IMG/VR virus record: IMGVR_UViG_3300009502_000026
Span: 30,091-94,090 of that record
Reading direction: 5' to 3' (one strand)
From: a virus
Length of the DNA stretch: 64,000 bases
Shown here: piece by piece, positions 46,156 through 56,260 of the stretch
Position numbering within the stretch: the stretch's first letter is position 1
Layout of the letters: each line of letters opens with the position of its first letter
Translations under genes and position numbers: made by a program
Notes under the pieces: model-generated
The model's input: the letters and a program-made list of their open reading frames with translations, nothing else
What the model was told of the DNA's origin: nothing
Database searches by the model: none

Positions 46156-49100
46156 CTACCCGAATCTTCCACCACCCTCATCAGGCTTCTTGTACTTGAG
46201 CTTCAAGTACTCAGCGATCCTCTCCACTACATCAGAATTCTCGGCAAGGTTCCTACCGGCTTCAGTGTAGATACCCCGGAGAACTTCATTGAACGTGGAG
46301 TCATTCAGGGTAAACACATCCCGCATGAGCTTCTCGTTCGTAGCCGTGGGGTCAATGTTCAGGAGTTCCAGGATGATATCAATATCCAGAGAACCCTTCT
46401 GATAGAGGTTGAACAAAGCATCGAAGGTATCAGCATTGTCCCGAAGGGCAAGACGGGTGAAGGTAAGGGTTGGGACAACCACTTCTTCATTCCCATCCTC
46501 ATCGAGCTCAATGAACCCCATGCGCTTACACATGGGAGCCAGCATGTTCTGTTCAACCATCTCCTGGAGGATTTCCCGCAGAAGCATGAACCGGGTGTTG
46601 ATAACCTCCAGATTGATCCTGTCACCGGAGTAGCTGGACTCCCCAGACAAGAGAGATTCAGTGACCCCCAGACCGGCATACAACTGCCTATCTGTCTGGT
46701 CATACTCAGTCGAGAGTTCCAGGAGACGCTGACTAGACCCCATCTCCTCCCAATTGACCTGGAAGTTGGTGATGATGGAGTAGTCCGGGTCCATCAGGGC
46801 CATATCCACCTGATCCCGGAGGTTCTCTACATCTGCCACATCCATATCTTCGGCATAGACCAGCCGAATAGGAGTCATGTGGCGAGAAGCAATCTGTGTC
46901 TGGGACTGACGGAGCTTATCCCGATAGACCAGGGTACGAATGCAGTTATGGACTACGATCCCACCGGCTACTAGAGTCTCATCATCCTCTACATCAAAGG
47001 AATAGACCGGACCCTGATAGTGGAACCGTTCCACTTTATCAAGGGTATGTGTTGTCCAACGGTCATCCTTCTTGAAGTACCCAAGTCTGATCTTCTCTTT
47101 GTAGCCCTGAAGGTAGGGCTTCGTGGCACTTGACCACACAGAGAAACTAGACATCCGGGCCATTGTAATAGGTGAATGAGTACGGAGCACATAAGTAGTG
47201 AAAGCCCCGTAGGAATAGGTCTTGTCCCTAACACGGGATACCCTAGGGTGTGCTTTGGGGAACTTTGCACGCCCCCCTATAGGCTTCCCCCCCACTACCT
47301 TCTTCACCTTACGGGAACTCTTACGGCTCTTCCACCGATCTACCGAAAGGTTCAGTCTCTTACACACCAGATACAACTGCGAAGTCAAAATTGCATCATG
47401 GAGATGAAGCTCCATAAGCTTCTTCCCAATGGTTTCTACCCTACCGCTACTGTCAAGAATACCCCCCAAAAGTGCCAGAAGGTACTTCTCTCGGACCCCA
47501 AACATCCAGTCAGGAAGTATCTTGGACTTACCATACTGGAAGTGTTCGTGAATCCAACGAGCCAGTAGGGCATCCGGCAACTTGAGAGTAGTGTGTGCCC
47601 CAGAGTCTTCAATCTCTATGGACTCTTCCCCAAAGACATTCTGGAGAGCTTCCTTGAGCTTGAGGACACAATGGGAGTGCTTCTTGTCTATCCACCACTC
47701 AGTTACATACTGGGCTGGTGAAGAATAGGTGGGGAGTTTCACCTTCCCCTTAGCTACCCATGCACCCAGGATGTAGCAGAGGTCTTCGGTCATCTTGAAG
47801 GAGACAGTATGAGGGGCAACTGCATGTCCCCAGGCAAAGGCACCAGGAGCCGGTAGGAACTCAGGATAGGCAAGGCCCCCTGGGGAAGCCCTGCACATCG
47901 AGTTCTCCCAATGGTCTGCTAGATCGAACCGGAGGGGCACCTTACGGTCATGTGTACGGATATGACTCTCCCGTACCTTGTCCCCAGCCTTGATGTCCCC
48001 AGCCAGGACTTCTTCTTCCTGACCCTCTGCGTTGATCCTTATGATCTTGTGATCTTTGGTGAAGCAGATAGGGTCACGGAGAGAGATAGAATGGATTGTG
48101 ATACCCACAACCTCTTCATCTACATTCCGAGTGCCCTTAGAAGCTTTACGAAAGCGACCTTTCCCTGTCAGGAGAAGATCAGTGTTCACATCCACTTGCT
48201 CAACCGGGATATTGACAACCAAACCCTGCCGATTGACCGTGATAGGTGTTCCAGGAAGAATACAGCGTTCCAGGACCGAATGGCCCCTGGGCTCATACTG
48301 TGACTTCTTCCTTGCCATGTAAAACACAAAACTCCCGGATTCGGGGTCTGTGTTCAGAGGAATGTTTTCCCCTTTCCGAATGGAATCCACAACCATTGAG
48401 GGCATGGAATCCACGATCCGTTGGGCCTGGGGGTCTCCAGCTTCGGCCTTGTGGATGATGTCTTTGGTCTTGCTATCAGGAACCAGTTCAATGAGTTTCT
48501 GGTCAGTGAAAGGATAGCTCTCCATGTGAATCTGTTCCGGGGGCAACACCCGAATTGCAGACCAACCATGGTAGTTTCTCTTCAACCACTTGACCGCACG
48601 CTCATTGGCATCCTGTCGATCTTGCCACTCTTCCGCAACACTTCCGTCTTCCTGAAGTACCCTGAATATCTCCTGAGTGATATCCTGGGGCATGTCTTCA
48701 GAAGCATCCTCACAGAAGATGAATACCTCACCCAACAGGTTGTAGTCATGGACGATTTCGATGAGACGATGAAGAAGTCCAATCTTCTTCGCCCACTTTG
48801 CACAAAAATTCAAGGATCTTTGTGCAATGTCACGATTCTTAGCCTTGGGCATACCAAGGCGAACCTTAGACAGAGGAAGTTCTGTCTGTAGGTCCAGAGC
48901 TTGGCCTACGAACGGATCAGCCCCGTAGAAGAACCGGAAATAGTTCCTCTTTTCATCGAGGGACTGAGGGAGTTCCAGGAAGTCTGTGGAGAGCTCAGGG
49001 CTGTAGAAATTGCCCCCAGAACCCTGGACAGAACCACTCACTGAAGGATAAGCCACCTTGGATCGAAGAAACCCTGTGGCAATCTTCGGGGGCTTCCCTA

Positions 49101-49176
49101 CCTTCACACCCTTCCGGGGAGGTACTTTCCCAACAGTTACCGCTTCAGTCTTATCAGTCTTATCAGCCATAGTCAC
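46156..49176 (-). CDS. Portal protein containing an intein
   Basis: Located after the terminase. About 566 aa after splicing, with RFFY..DPFVGQALDL and PRGHSVLER|CIRTLVYRDKLRQ. Confidence 0.85.
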   Translation of the reverse strand: MTMADKTDKTEAVTVGKVPPRKGVKVGKPPKIATGFLRSKVAYPSVSGSVQGSGGNFYSPELSTDFLELPQSLDEKRNYFRFFYGADPFVGQALDLQTELPLSKVRLGMPKAKNRDIAQRSLNFCAKWAKKIGLLHRLIEIVHDYNLLGEVFIFCEDASEDMPQDITQEIFRVLQEDGSVAEEWQDRQDANERAVKWLKRNYHGWSAIRVLPPEQIHMESYPFTDQKLIELVPDSKTKDIIHKAEAGDPQAQRIVDSMPSMVVDSIRKGENIPLNTDPESGSFVFYMARKKSQYEPRGHSVLERCILPGTPITVNRQGLVVNIPVEQVDVNTDLLLTGKGRFRKASKGTRNVDEEVVGITIHSISLRDPICFTKDHKIIRINAEGQEEEVLAGDIKAGDKVRESHIRTHDRKVPLRFDLADHWENSMCRASPGGLAYPEFLPAPGAFAWGHAVAPHTVSFKMTEDLCYILGAWVAKGKVKLPTYSSPAQYVTEWWIDKKHSHCVLKLKEALQNVFGEESIEIEDSGAHTTLKLPDALLARWIHEHFQYGKSKILPDWMFGVREKYLLALLGGILDSSGRVETIGKKLMELHLHDAILTSQLYLVCKRLNLSVDRWKSRKSSRKVKKVVGGKPIGGRAKFPKAHPRVSRVRDKTYSYGAFTTYVLRTHSPITMARMSSFSVWSSATKPYLQGYKEKIRLGYFKKDDRWTTHTLDKVERFHYQGPVYSFDVEDDETLVAGGIVVHNCIRTLVYRDKLRQSQTQIASRHMTPIRLVYAEDMDVADVENLRDQVDMALMDPDYSIITNFQVNWEEMGSSQRLLELSTEYDQTDRQLYAGLGVTESLLSGESSYSGDRINLEVINTRFMLLREILQEMVEQNMLAPMCKRMGFIELDEDGNEEVVVPTLTFTRLALRDNADTFDALFNLYQKGSLDIDIILELLNIDPTATNEKLMRDVFTLNDSTFNEVLRGIYTEAGRNLAENSDVVERIAEYLKLKYKKPDEGGGRFG
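46945..48264 (-). mobile_element. Intein (440 aa) in the portal, with degenerate LAGLIDADG motifs
   Basis: CILPGT...FTKDHKI...VYSFDV...VVHN|C. Confidence 0.92.
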
Positions 49177-49197
49177 CTAGTCATTCTTAGCAATCAG

Positions 49198-49518
49198 TTA
49201 TTCATCTTCGGACTCAGTGACTACGGGAGGGGCTTTAGGCTTTGGCTCCCTTCTAACAGGTGGGGGTGCGTTTGGGTTGAGGTCCGGGTCTTCAGTATCA
49301 TAAGGTGCCGCAACCCTACCCACACCTTGCAGACTACCCAGGGTCCGTTCAAGAGACCTCCTGACCATCAGAGCCCTACGCCCAGAAGGATCTCCAGGGG
49401 TAGGTCCGGGAGGCACTATCCGAATAGCTTGTCGGAGAGCTTGCTCGGCTTTGGACATACAGACAGAAATTTCTCTATCTGCATCTGACCGGGCAAGGGT
49501 AGCCCTTAACCTAGACAT
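49198..49518 (-). CDS. Hypothetical protein
   Basis: Packed between terminase and portal genes. Confidence 0.55.
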   Translation of the reverse strand: MSRLRATLARSDADREISVCMSKAEQALRQAIRIVPPGPTPGDPSGRRALMVRRSLERTLGSLQGVGRVAAPYDTEDPDLNPNAPPPVRREPKPKAPPVVTESEDE

Positions 49519-49527
49519 AACTTCACC

Positions 49528-49788
49528 TTACCACCGTAGAGATGGGGTCAGATGTCCATATTTGATGGCAATAGTAATGATCTTCTTGAGAAGAAGGATG
49601 TCCTCAATAGAACCTTCAAAGACCCCTTCCCACGATCCCCCAGCCTTGACAAAGACCCGTGATACCTTGTCATACTCAGTAGGAATATGAACCACCTTGT
49701 TTGGATGGACAGATTCAAGGATCTTACGGATGATCCTATGATCAGACCTGACAGGACTGGTGGGAGTGAGGCTTGCTGTGCGATTCAT
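49528..49788 (-). CDS. Hypothetical protein
   Basis: ATGA overlap with the terL stop; begins MNRTAS. Confidence 0.6.
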   Translation of the reverse strand: MNRTASLTPTSPVRSDHRIIRKILESVHPNKVVHIPTEYDKVSRVFVKAGGSWEGVFEGSIEDILLLKKIITIAIKYGHLTPSLRW

Positions 49789-52700
49789 CTTCCACGCTTC
49801 CTACCTGCCAAGCCACCCGTACCCCCCATTCCAGACCAGCCACTCCTACCACTAGGGACACCCATTGCAGGAAGTCCACGGGGAGCCATTCGAGACTCAT
49901 GGCTCCCACTAGCAAGAATTCGTTTCCGAGCCTTCATTGCACCAGAGGGGGTACGGGGCACCTGACCATTGTCCATGAACCGAGAGGTTCCTCCTGCATG
50001 TGTGATATAGGATGGTTTTCCAAGTACGTTGGATGCAGCCCACACCATTCTAATCAGAGCATCAGAACGGTCATCATGCTTCCCCTCCATATTGGGGGCT
50101 TCCACCGTAACTACATACTTACTATGATACTCTGCCTGAAGCTCCATGAGTTCCACAATGTAATCACAATGGTTGGCACCATCAGGAATCGGAAAATCAT
50201 ACATGACCAGCTTATGGTCATACATCATGTCCTTGAAGTTCTGGAACATCTGGGACGTGAGTATCTTTGTCATCTGTGTAGCCTTCATCTGCCGAAGGCC
50301 ACGCTTGGCAAGTGCCTGTTCCAGGGGGATACCTGCCCACTGGTCAAAGATACCTTCATGGATCAGGAACTTCTTGGACAGTTCTGCAATCCAGTCAGCT
50401 ACAGCATCGAAGTCCAGCCGCTCGACGTTGATGTACTTACCTTCTCCAGCCTTGATCTGGTCTACAAGATCGACTATGATCTTTCTCTCAGCGAGGTCAA
50501 TGTGTCCAAGTGCAATTGCCGTCGCATCACCCGACAGACCCAAGTCCAATCCAAGGAAGTAGGATTGCCTGGGAACCCCGTAATACTTCGGGCGAGCCCC
50601 AGGGTCCACGCAATCCATCAGGTCCTTGTCACGCTCAATCCAACCACGGGTCCTGTCAGTGAACTCCCCCCCGTACTCAGTGAAGAACACTGAAGGGTCT
50701 TTCAGGTAGTGCTTTTCAAACTCCTCGGCAGGAATCGTAGGATTGACTTCCCAAGTTGGTGCCTGGATGCACACCATGTTCTTGGAAGCCTTGCCACCCT
50801 TCATCCCAATCTGAAATAGCTTGTAGAAAAGACCTTGCTTTCCTAGGGGAGATGAAATCGAGATGATCCGGCCCTCTACTGGACCAATAGGAACTCTCTT
50901 GTCACTAGCCTTCTTGGGAGAGAAAGCTGAAGTAGACGGGGTAACCGCATTGTAAACGGACTCTGCGGAAGACTGCCCTTTGTCTGTGAAGTGGGCAATC
51001 TCGTCCAGAATCACGACTAGGTTACCGGCACCACGAAGACCCTTGGCTACACAGGATCGGAAGGTGACCTTAACCGAGGCCCTTGCATTAGGATTCTCAA
51101 TATACCTACCGTACTTTTCAATGTCCTTGGGTGTCTGGAAACGAGCATAGGACATGGTATTGTTGGCTGTATAAGGTACGAAGAACTCACACCCCCTGAA
51201 ATGCCCTGAAGTTTCCTGATAGAGAAGTCCTGCCTGATCCTTGTCCGTAGCAACCGAGATGATCTGGATAGGGTTGCTGGAAGGTAGCCCGTAGTATTGA
51301 TGTGGGTCACTCTTCAGGATCAACTTGTAAGTCTCATAAGCTGCGATAATGGCACCTATGGCCGTATTGTGGTTGGTCATCCCCCCAGCTACAAAACTCT
51401 CCCCTTCTGGGACGGTCAGATCATATACCCTAGCCTCACCTGAATTTACGGTTTCTACGGGATCGTAGAAATAGTTGGCCGTCTGAAGTACCTCAAAATG
51501 ACGTATCACATCTGGGTCTGCCCCTAAACTCTGAGCCATTGCCAGTGTGGGGCCAAGCCTGGGGTATGTCATGGACTCCTTGGAACTCGGTTTGATGGTG
51601 TTCCCCAAAGCCGTCCGCAACAAACTACGATGCCAACCTGGACGTTTCCCATGCCCCCCACGGTTACAGGTCACAGATTGAAGTAGGGCATCACACCAGG
51701 ATCGTTGATGGGGAATGTTTTCAGCATCCGATCCTTCTTTGGAAGTCCTAGCCAAAGATGCCAACACTGGGTCATTTTTCTTGGACGACCTAAATCCAAT
51801 CTCGTCCATGAACTTCTGACGGGAGGCCGTACCTCTCACGTACACGTTGTAGTAGAATCGCTTGTACTTCTTATTCCACTTTGCCCGTCGAGTACTCACA
51901 ACCCCGAAGTTCAGGAGAAGTATTTGAACTTCCCGTGCAAGTTGCTCCGATGCCGAAGAGAACGATACAGCCAACCCCCCCTTCTCTGAGCAACCATCAG
52001 TCTCAAACAATCCCTGTAGGAACCTCTGCACAACAATCTTAGGGGACCTCATGATGGTCCACGGGACGTGCTTGGTATTCCTTGTAATATCCCATGCGAA
52101 CCCCAGCTTGTGTAGAAACTTCCTCACATGAGTGCTGAAGAAGTCAATGGAGCCAGTGTTGTTGGTCCGCTTGTCCATACGGACGTTGAAAGATCCGAAT
52201 AGACTGGTGTACAGCGCCTTCAGTTCCTCCCAGGTCTCTGGATGCTCTACAGTCACAGACACCGCATTGTGCTTCGTCCATGAACCACCCCCGACCAAGT
52301 ACCCCAGGAAAAGTCCCCATTCTTCAGTAAGCTCAGTTGGGAGAGTCACCCTGGGGTCTTCACATCCAGTATGGAGGGACTCCAACGGTACCCTCTGAAC
52401 AGGCCAAAGGTCAGATGTGCGATGAATAGCGATCTGGTCACCAAGATGGATATGGTCCAGGTATCTCCATTGGATGGTGCCACCTTCGGACATCACCCTA
52501 ACTCGGTGACCAGCGGTACCCTCAAGTTCATACCCACTACGGGTCACAAACTTGATTGTAGGTTTCACCCCTCCATTGTAGAAGAATGCAGAATCAGACC
52601 TGACACCATTCTCCTGGACCACACCAATTTCCAAAGGCTGGTACTCAGGACCCTTGGAATCTCCGAGGTCCTGAATGGGGATTATGCCCTGGTTGGTAAG

Positions 52701-53078
52701 AACCAGGGTATCCCCAACCACACATTTCCCAGAACGTCTCCCGATGGACAGGACGATCTCCCTACGTTCTACTCCAGGGATGACCTCCCGGATATTGCTC
52801 CTACCCTCCCGGTAGAGCATCTCCAGGTATTCAACCTCAGTATACTCAGTGAACTTTTCCCATCTCCAATCGTGGACAGTGAACCGATTGGCTGGGTCAT
52901 TATCAAGCTCAATCCCATAATGGGCTTTGAGGATGATCTTCTGTACTGGAAACAGCTTTAGGTTCAGCCCCCAGTCAGACTCAGTGAACTCAATGATGTT
53001 TGCTACTTGAGAAGTACTTTTCGTAATGTTTGCTGCGGCCCTAGCAGAGCCCAATGCAATCTCACCTAGATTACCCAT
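49785..53078 (-). CDS. terL: Terminase large subunit containing an intein
   Basis: Walker A GRRSGK|T split by the intein; Walker B VVILDE; ISSP; nuclease LGLDLG...DAT and HDDRSDA. Confidence 0.93.
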   Translation of the reverse strand: MGNLGEIALGSARAAANITKSTSQVANIIEFTESDWGLNLKLFPVQKIILKAHYGIELDNDPANRFTVHDWRWEKFTEYTEVEYLEMLYREGRSNIREVIPGVERREIVLSIGRRSGKCVVGDTLVLTNQGIIPIQDLGDSKGPEYQPLEIGVVQENGVRSDSAFFYNGGVKPTIKFVTRSGYELEGTAGHRVRVMSEGGTIQWRYLDHIHLGDQIAIHRTSDLWPVQRVPLESLHTGCEDPRVTLPTELTEEWGLFLGYLVGGGSWTKHNAVSVTVEHPETWEELKALYTSLFGSFNVRMDKRTNNTGSIDFFSTHVRKFLHKLGFAWDITRNTKHVPWTIMRSPKIVVQRFLQGLFETDGCSEKGGLAVSFSSASEQLAREVQILLLNFGVVSTRRAKWNKKYKRFYYNVYVRGTASRQKFMDEIGFRSSKKNDPVLASLARTSKEGSDAENIPHQRSWCDALLQSVTCNRGGHGKRPGWHRSLLRTALGNTIKPSSKESMTYPRLGPTLAMAQSLGADPDVIRHFEVLQTANYFYDPVETVNSGEARVYDLTVPEGESFVAGGMTNHNTAIGAIIAAYETYKLILKSDPHQYYGLPSSNPIQIISVATDKDQAGLLYQETSGHFRGCEFFVPYTANNTMSYARFQTPKDIEKYGRYIENPNARASVKVTFRSCVAKGLRGAGNLVVILDEIAHFTDKGQSSAESVYNAVTPSTSAFSPKKASDKRVPIGPVEGRIISISSPLGKQGLFYKLFQIGMKGGKASKNMVCIQAPTWEVNPTIPAEEFEKHYLKDPSVFFTEYGGEFTDRTRGWIERDKDLMDCVDPGARPKYYGVPRQSYFLGLDLGLSGDATAIALGHIDLAERKIIVDLVDQIKAGEGKYINVERLDFDAVADWIAELSKKFLIHEGIFDQWAGIPLEQALAKRGLRQMKATQMTKILTSQMFQNFKDMMYDHKLVMYDFPIPDGANHCDYIVELMELQAEYHSKYVVTVEAPNMEGKHDDRSDALIRMVWAASNVLGKPSYITHAGGTSRFMDNGQVPRTPSGAMKARKRILASGSHESRMAPRGLPAMGVPSGRSGWSGMGGTGGLAGRKRGR
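51366..52724 (-). mobile_element. Intein (453 aa) with LAGLIDADG domain in the TerL P-loop
   Basis: CVVGDT...GTAGHRV...FLQGLFETDG...VYDLTV...TNHN|T. Confidence 0.93.
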
Positions 53079-53080
53079 AA

Positions 53081-53848
53081 CTAGCTACTCTTGACTTTCC
53101 CCCTGGCTTCATTTTTCCAGTCATCAGTCAGGAGTTTACTGAAATTAGAGAAGATGACTTCGATTACCTCTGGCCTGACATTAGAATTGATCAATGCCTG
53201 AGCAAACGTATCCGAAATGAACTTGAAAAGTGCCTGGAAACTAGGACTGTCAATGTTCAACTCATTGGCAGCAAGTTGTTCTCGACGCCTGAGCCAAGTT
53301 TCCCCAAGAGTTCTGAGGGCTTGGACCCTCTTCACCGAGACTTGGCTGACATCATCCTTGTTCTGTTTCTCAGACTGGATTCTCTCAAACTTCAGAGCAG
53401 CAACTTCTTCTGCAAGCTCTTGTATCACGTATGAGAGAATGGAAGCAGACCCAGCATCTTTATTAACACTCCTGACCAGACGGTCCTTCTTAATAGCTCT
53501 ACGCTTCTCACGAAGGATATCCACCTTTGGGTTAGGGGGTGCTGGTGGGGAGAAAACAGGAAGTGCCACCACTTGTGCAGGTGTACCCTGCACTTTCTTC
53601 GGGCGACCCTTCTTAGGAGGGGCGGTAGGGGATGCTTTACTTGTCTTTCGATACCCTACTTTTCGACCCACCTGGGTCAACATACGAAAAGCCATCCCTG
53701 TAGCAGGGTTGATGACTAACGTGTCAGTAGGGAGAATGTCCGGGATTTCTCGCCAATGGAGCTTACCCTTGGCATCAGTAACTTTGACTCTAATGGCCCC
53801 ATCAGGGATTAGAGCAAGTACCTTGGCATCTAGGGGTTGAGCACTCAT
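53081..53848 (-). CDS. Possible terminase small subunit
   Basis: Directly upstream of terL; basic linker and helical C-terminal half. Assignment is by position only. Confidence 0.45.
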   Translation of the reverse strand: MSAQPLDAKVLALIPDGAIRVKVTDAKGKLHWREIPDILPTDTLVINPATGMAFRMLTQVGRKVGYRKTSKASPTAPPKKGRPKKVQGTPAQVVALPVFSPPAPPNPKVDILREKRRAIKKDRLVRSVNKDAGSASILSYVIQELAEEVAALKFERIQSEKQNKDDVSQVSVKRVQALRTLGETWLRRREQLAANELNIDSPSFQALFKFISDTFAQALINSNVRPEVIEVIFSNFSKLLTDDWKNEARGKVKSS

Positions 53849-53869
53849 ACCCTAGATAGTACCACAGTT

Positions 53870-56251
53870 TCAAGGGAGTACAAGACCATCGAAGAGAATA
53901 TCTCCGATATCCTCTGTACATGGAGTGCTATCATAAGTGATTCCTTCCAAGGAACCATTCTGAAGATCATATTCCCGTGCATCATATCCAGGCTGGAACA
54001 ATGATGCTGTTGCCTCTGCATCCCCGGAATCTGTCAATCGAATGACTTCTTGCTGATACCCACCATGGATATCTTTCAGGTCTTCCTTGTCCATCAGTAC
54101 CTTACCATACTTTTGACAAGTACCCTGTGAATTATTCACACAAGAGGCACACCTGGACATTGCCAGTACCATCTTGATACTGTTAGCCCTGTGCTTCAAG
54201 GCACCCCTATCACAACCTTCTATCCCAACTTCAGAGGCATAGGCAGAGGCATCCACATAGAGATGTCCAGCAAGACCCTCATGTTCCTTACGGAGAGTCT
54301 CCAATGGACCTGAAGCATTCTTCAAGAGAACAGGTGAGAACCGTGCCCTCAAAAGATCATCGAAATCTCTTCCCGCAGACCCTTCCGAGAGCTTTTGACC
54401 AGCCCAACGAAGTAGCTTGCGTGCCTCAATGAGATTCTCCCCAGAGGCTTCCTTGCGAGCCTGAACCGGAACTCCAGGATCAGCCATGTGAGCATCCATC
54501 GTGGAGGAGTCACTCAACGATTGGAGGAACTCAGTCTTGATAACCGCTGCCTGTTTCCCGGTCCCATGCAAGACTTCCGTCGCCTGGACCAGCATGTTCT
54601 CGGCAGATGCCCCTGACTTGAGAATACCCTCTGCTACTTCAGGTGTCAGCAAGCCCTCATGTGCCAGCTTGGAAATCCGATCCCGAACCTGTTGGTTATT
54701 CCGGGCCTTGACCTGTTCCAGAGCCTTCATGTCCCTGGAGGTATCCCTACTACCGTGGAATGCGAAGTGAGTCCCTACACCGGGGCCCTCATAAGTACCA
54801 ATCTGTGCCTCTGGGATGAGATTCTGTGTCTCACTGGCTACCATGGTTACCGCAGAGTCAAGAATCTCCTTGGGAGAAGCAGTAGAAGACATGAACTTCT
54901 GCCCTACCTCCTTGGTGAGCAAACCTGCCTGAACCCACCGAGAAATCTTATCCCGAACCCGAAGGTTAGCACGCACCTGAAGCTCATCCTGTTGGAGCTT
55001 GGTCCAGGATGCGTCCCGACCTTCCTTCACGATCAACTTGGCTTCAACACCAATCCCACTGTAAACCGGAGCCCTACCCGAAGCCACGATCAGGGATGCT
55101 GCCGTGTCTAAGATATCCTGGGGGAATGCCTGAGAGGATGCCAGCTTCTTCCCATCCTCAGTGGACAGAAGCTTCCCTACCACCCACCGAGCTACTTGCC
55201 GCATGACCCTAGCACGGTCACGGACTTGTGCTTCACGGACAGGATTAGGGATGTCTGTGAAAACAGGGGTGTAGGCTGCTAGCTTGGCCTCTGCCGAAAC
55301 AAGAGTCTCCTTATCCATAGGATGTGTAGACTTCGGGAACGAAGCCTCACGACCCTTGAAACCTGTCTTGGACTGTGTAGTGAAAGCCCTCTTGAGAACC
55401 TCACGGGGATCACCGGAAGCTACCTTCCGTCCCGTGGCATTCAAGTAAGGAGTGTAGTGTTCGATGGCTTCTTTCCAAGGAATCTCTGTCACTACCTGCT
55501 TCCCCATGAGACGGTCTACAGAAGCTTCCTTAGAGCCCTTGGCAACTAGGATGTACTGGGCGGAAGCACACTTCTTCTTGAGGATTTCTGCCCAGCGTCC
55601 GTTCAGGAGTCCAGGGAACACCGAAGCACGGATGTAGACGTTACCTACCAAACCGTGCTCATCCCTTGTGGCTTCCAAAGCCCTTTCAATCTTGGAGAAG
55701 GCTTCCCCTGCACGGTCTCTAGCTTCCTGAACGACTTCAGCAATAGGTTCCCCACAGGCAGACCTACGCATGGCATGGGCAACCACTTCTTTCAGTTGGT
55801 CCCCAGGAAGATTCTTCATGTTAGTGACGACTTTCGGGTAGTCCACATTGGGGATTATCTGAATGCCGTCCGTCCTACGATTCACTCCCCAAGCCTCTTC
55901 AAGCTCAGGAATCACGGTATCTACAGTCTGTTCTGGAAGACGCTTGAAATCCTGAACGGCTGATTCCAACCAGTTCAAGTCCACAAGTCTAGCACCTTCC
56001 TTGAACATCCCAGAGATGCTTCCCGTCACGTCCCCTTGGTCTTCGGCTTCCACACCATCAGGAAGATCAGAACTGGTAGGGTTGCCATCCGGTAGGAACC
56101 CCTCTGGAAGTCCTGCCATACCATGTGTAGAAGGGAGCCTTGCAGACTCAAGCACCCCACCGTTCGGCTCCTCATCGAAGTCAAAGCCATCCAACAGGTA
56201 CGTGGACCCTTTGGTCAAGATGTACCCACCATTCGGAAGATCAGAAGACAT
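53870..56251 (-). CDS. Large putative head protein with internal repeats
   Basis: Three ~50-aa helical repeats and two EH(E)GL.G..Y..AS domains; many KxA sites. Confidence 0.7.
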   Translation of the reverse strand: MSSDLPNGGYILTKGSTYLLDGFDFDEEPNGGVLESARLPSTHGMAGLPEGFLPDGNPTSSDLPDGVEAEDQGDVTGSISGMFKEGARLVDLNWLESAVQDFKRLPEQTVDTVIPELEEAWGVNRRTDGIQIIPNVDYPKVVTNMKNLPGDQLKEVVAHAMRRSACGEPIAEVVQEARDRAGEAFSKIERALEATRDEHGLVGNVYIRASVFPGLLNGRWAEILKKKCASAQYILVAKGSKEASVDRLMGKQVVTEIPWKEAIEHYTPYLNATGRKVASGDPREVLKRAFTTQSKTGFKGREASFPKSTHPMDKETLVSAEAKLAAYTPVFTDIPNPVREAQVRDRARVMRQVARWVVGKLLSTEDGKKLASSQAFPQDILDTAASLIVASGRAPVYSGIGVEAKLIVKEGRDASWTKLQQDELQVRANLRVRDKISRWVQAGLLTKEVGQKFMSSTASPKEILDSAVTMVASETQNLIPEAQIGTYEGPGVGTHFAFHGSRDTSRDMKALEQVKARNNQQVRDRISKLAHEGLLTPEVAEGILKSGASAENMLVQATEVLHGTGKQAAVIKTEFLQSLSDSSTMDAHMADPGVPVQARKEASGENLIEARKLLRWAGQKLSEGSAGRDFDDLLRARFSPVLLKNASGPLETLRKEHEGLAGHLYVDASAYASEVGIEGCDRGALKHRANSIKMVLAMSRCASCVNNSQGTCQKYGKVLMDKEDLKDIHGGYQQEVIRLTDSGDAEATASLFQPGYDAREYDLQNGSLEGITYDSTPCTEDIGDILFDGLVLP

Positions 56252-56260
56252 CAGCGGCTC

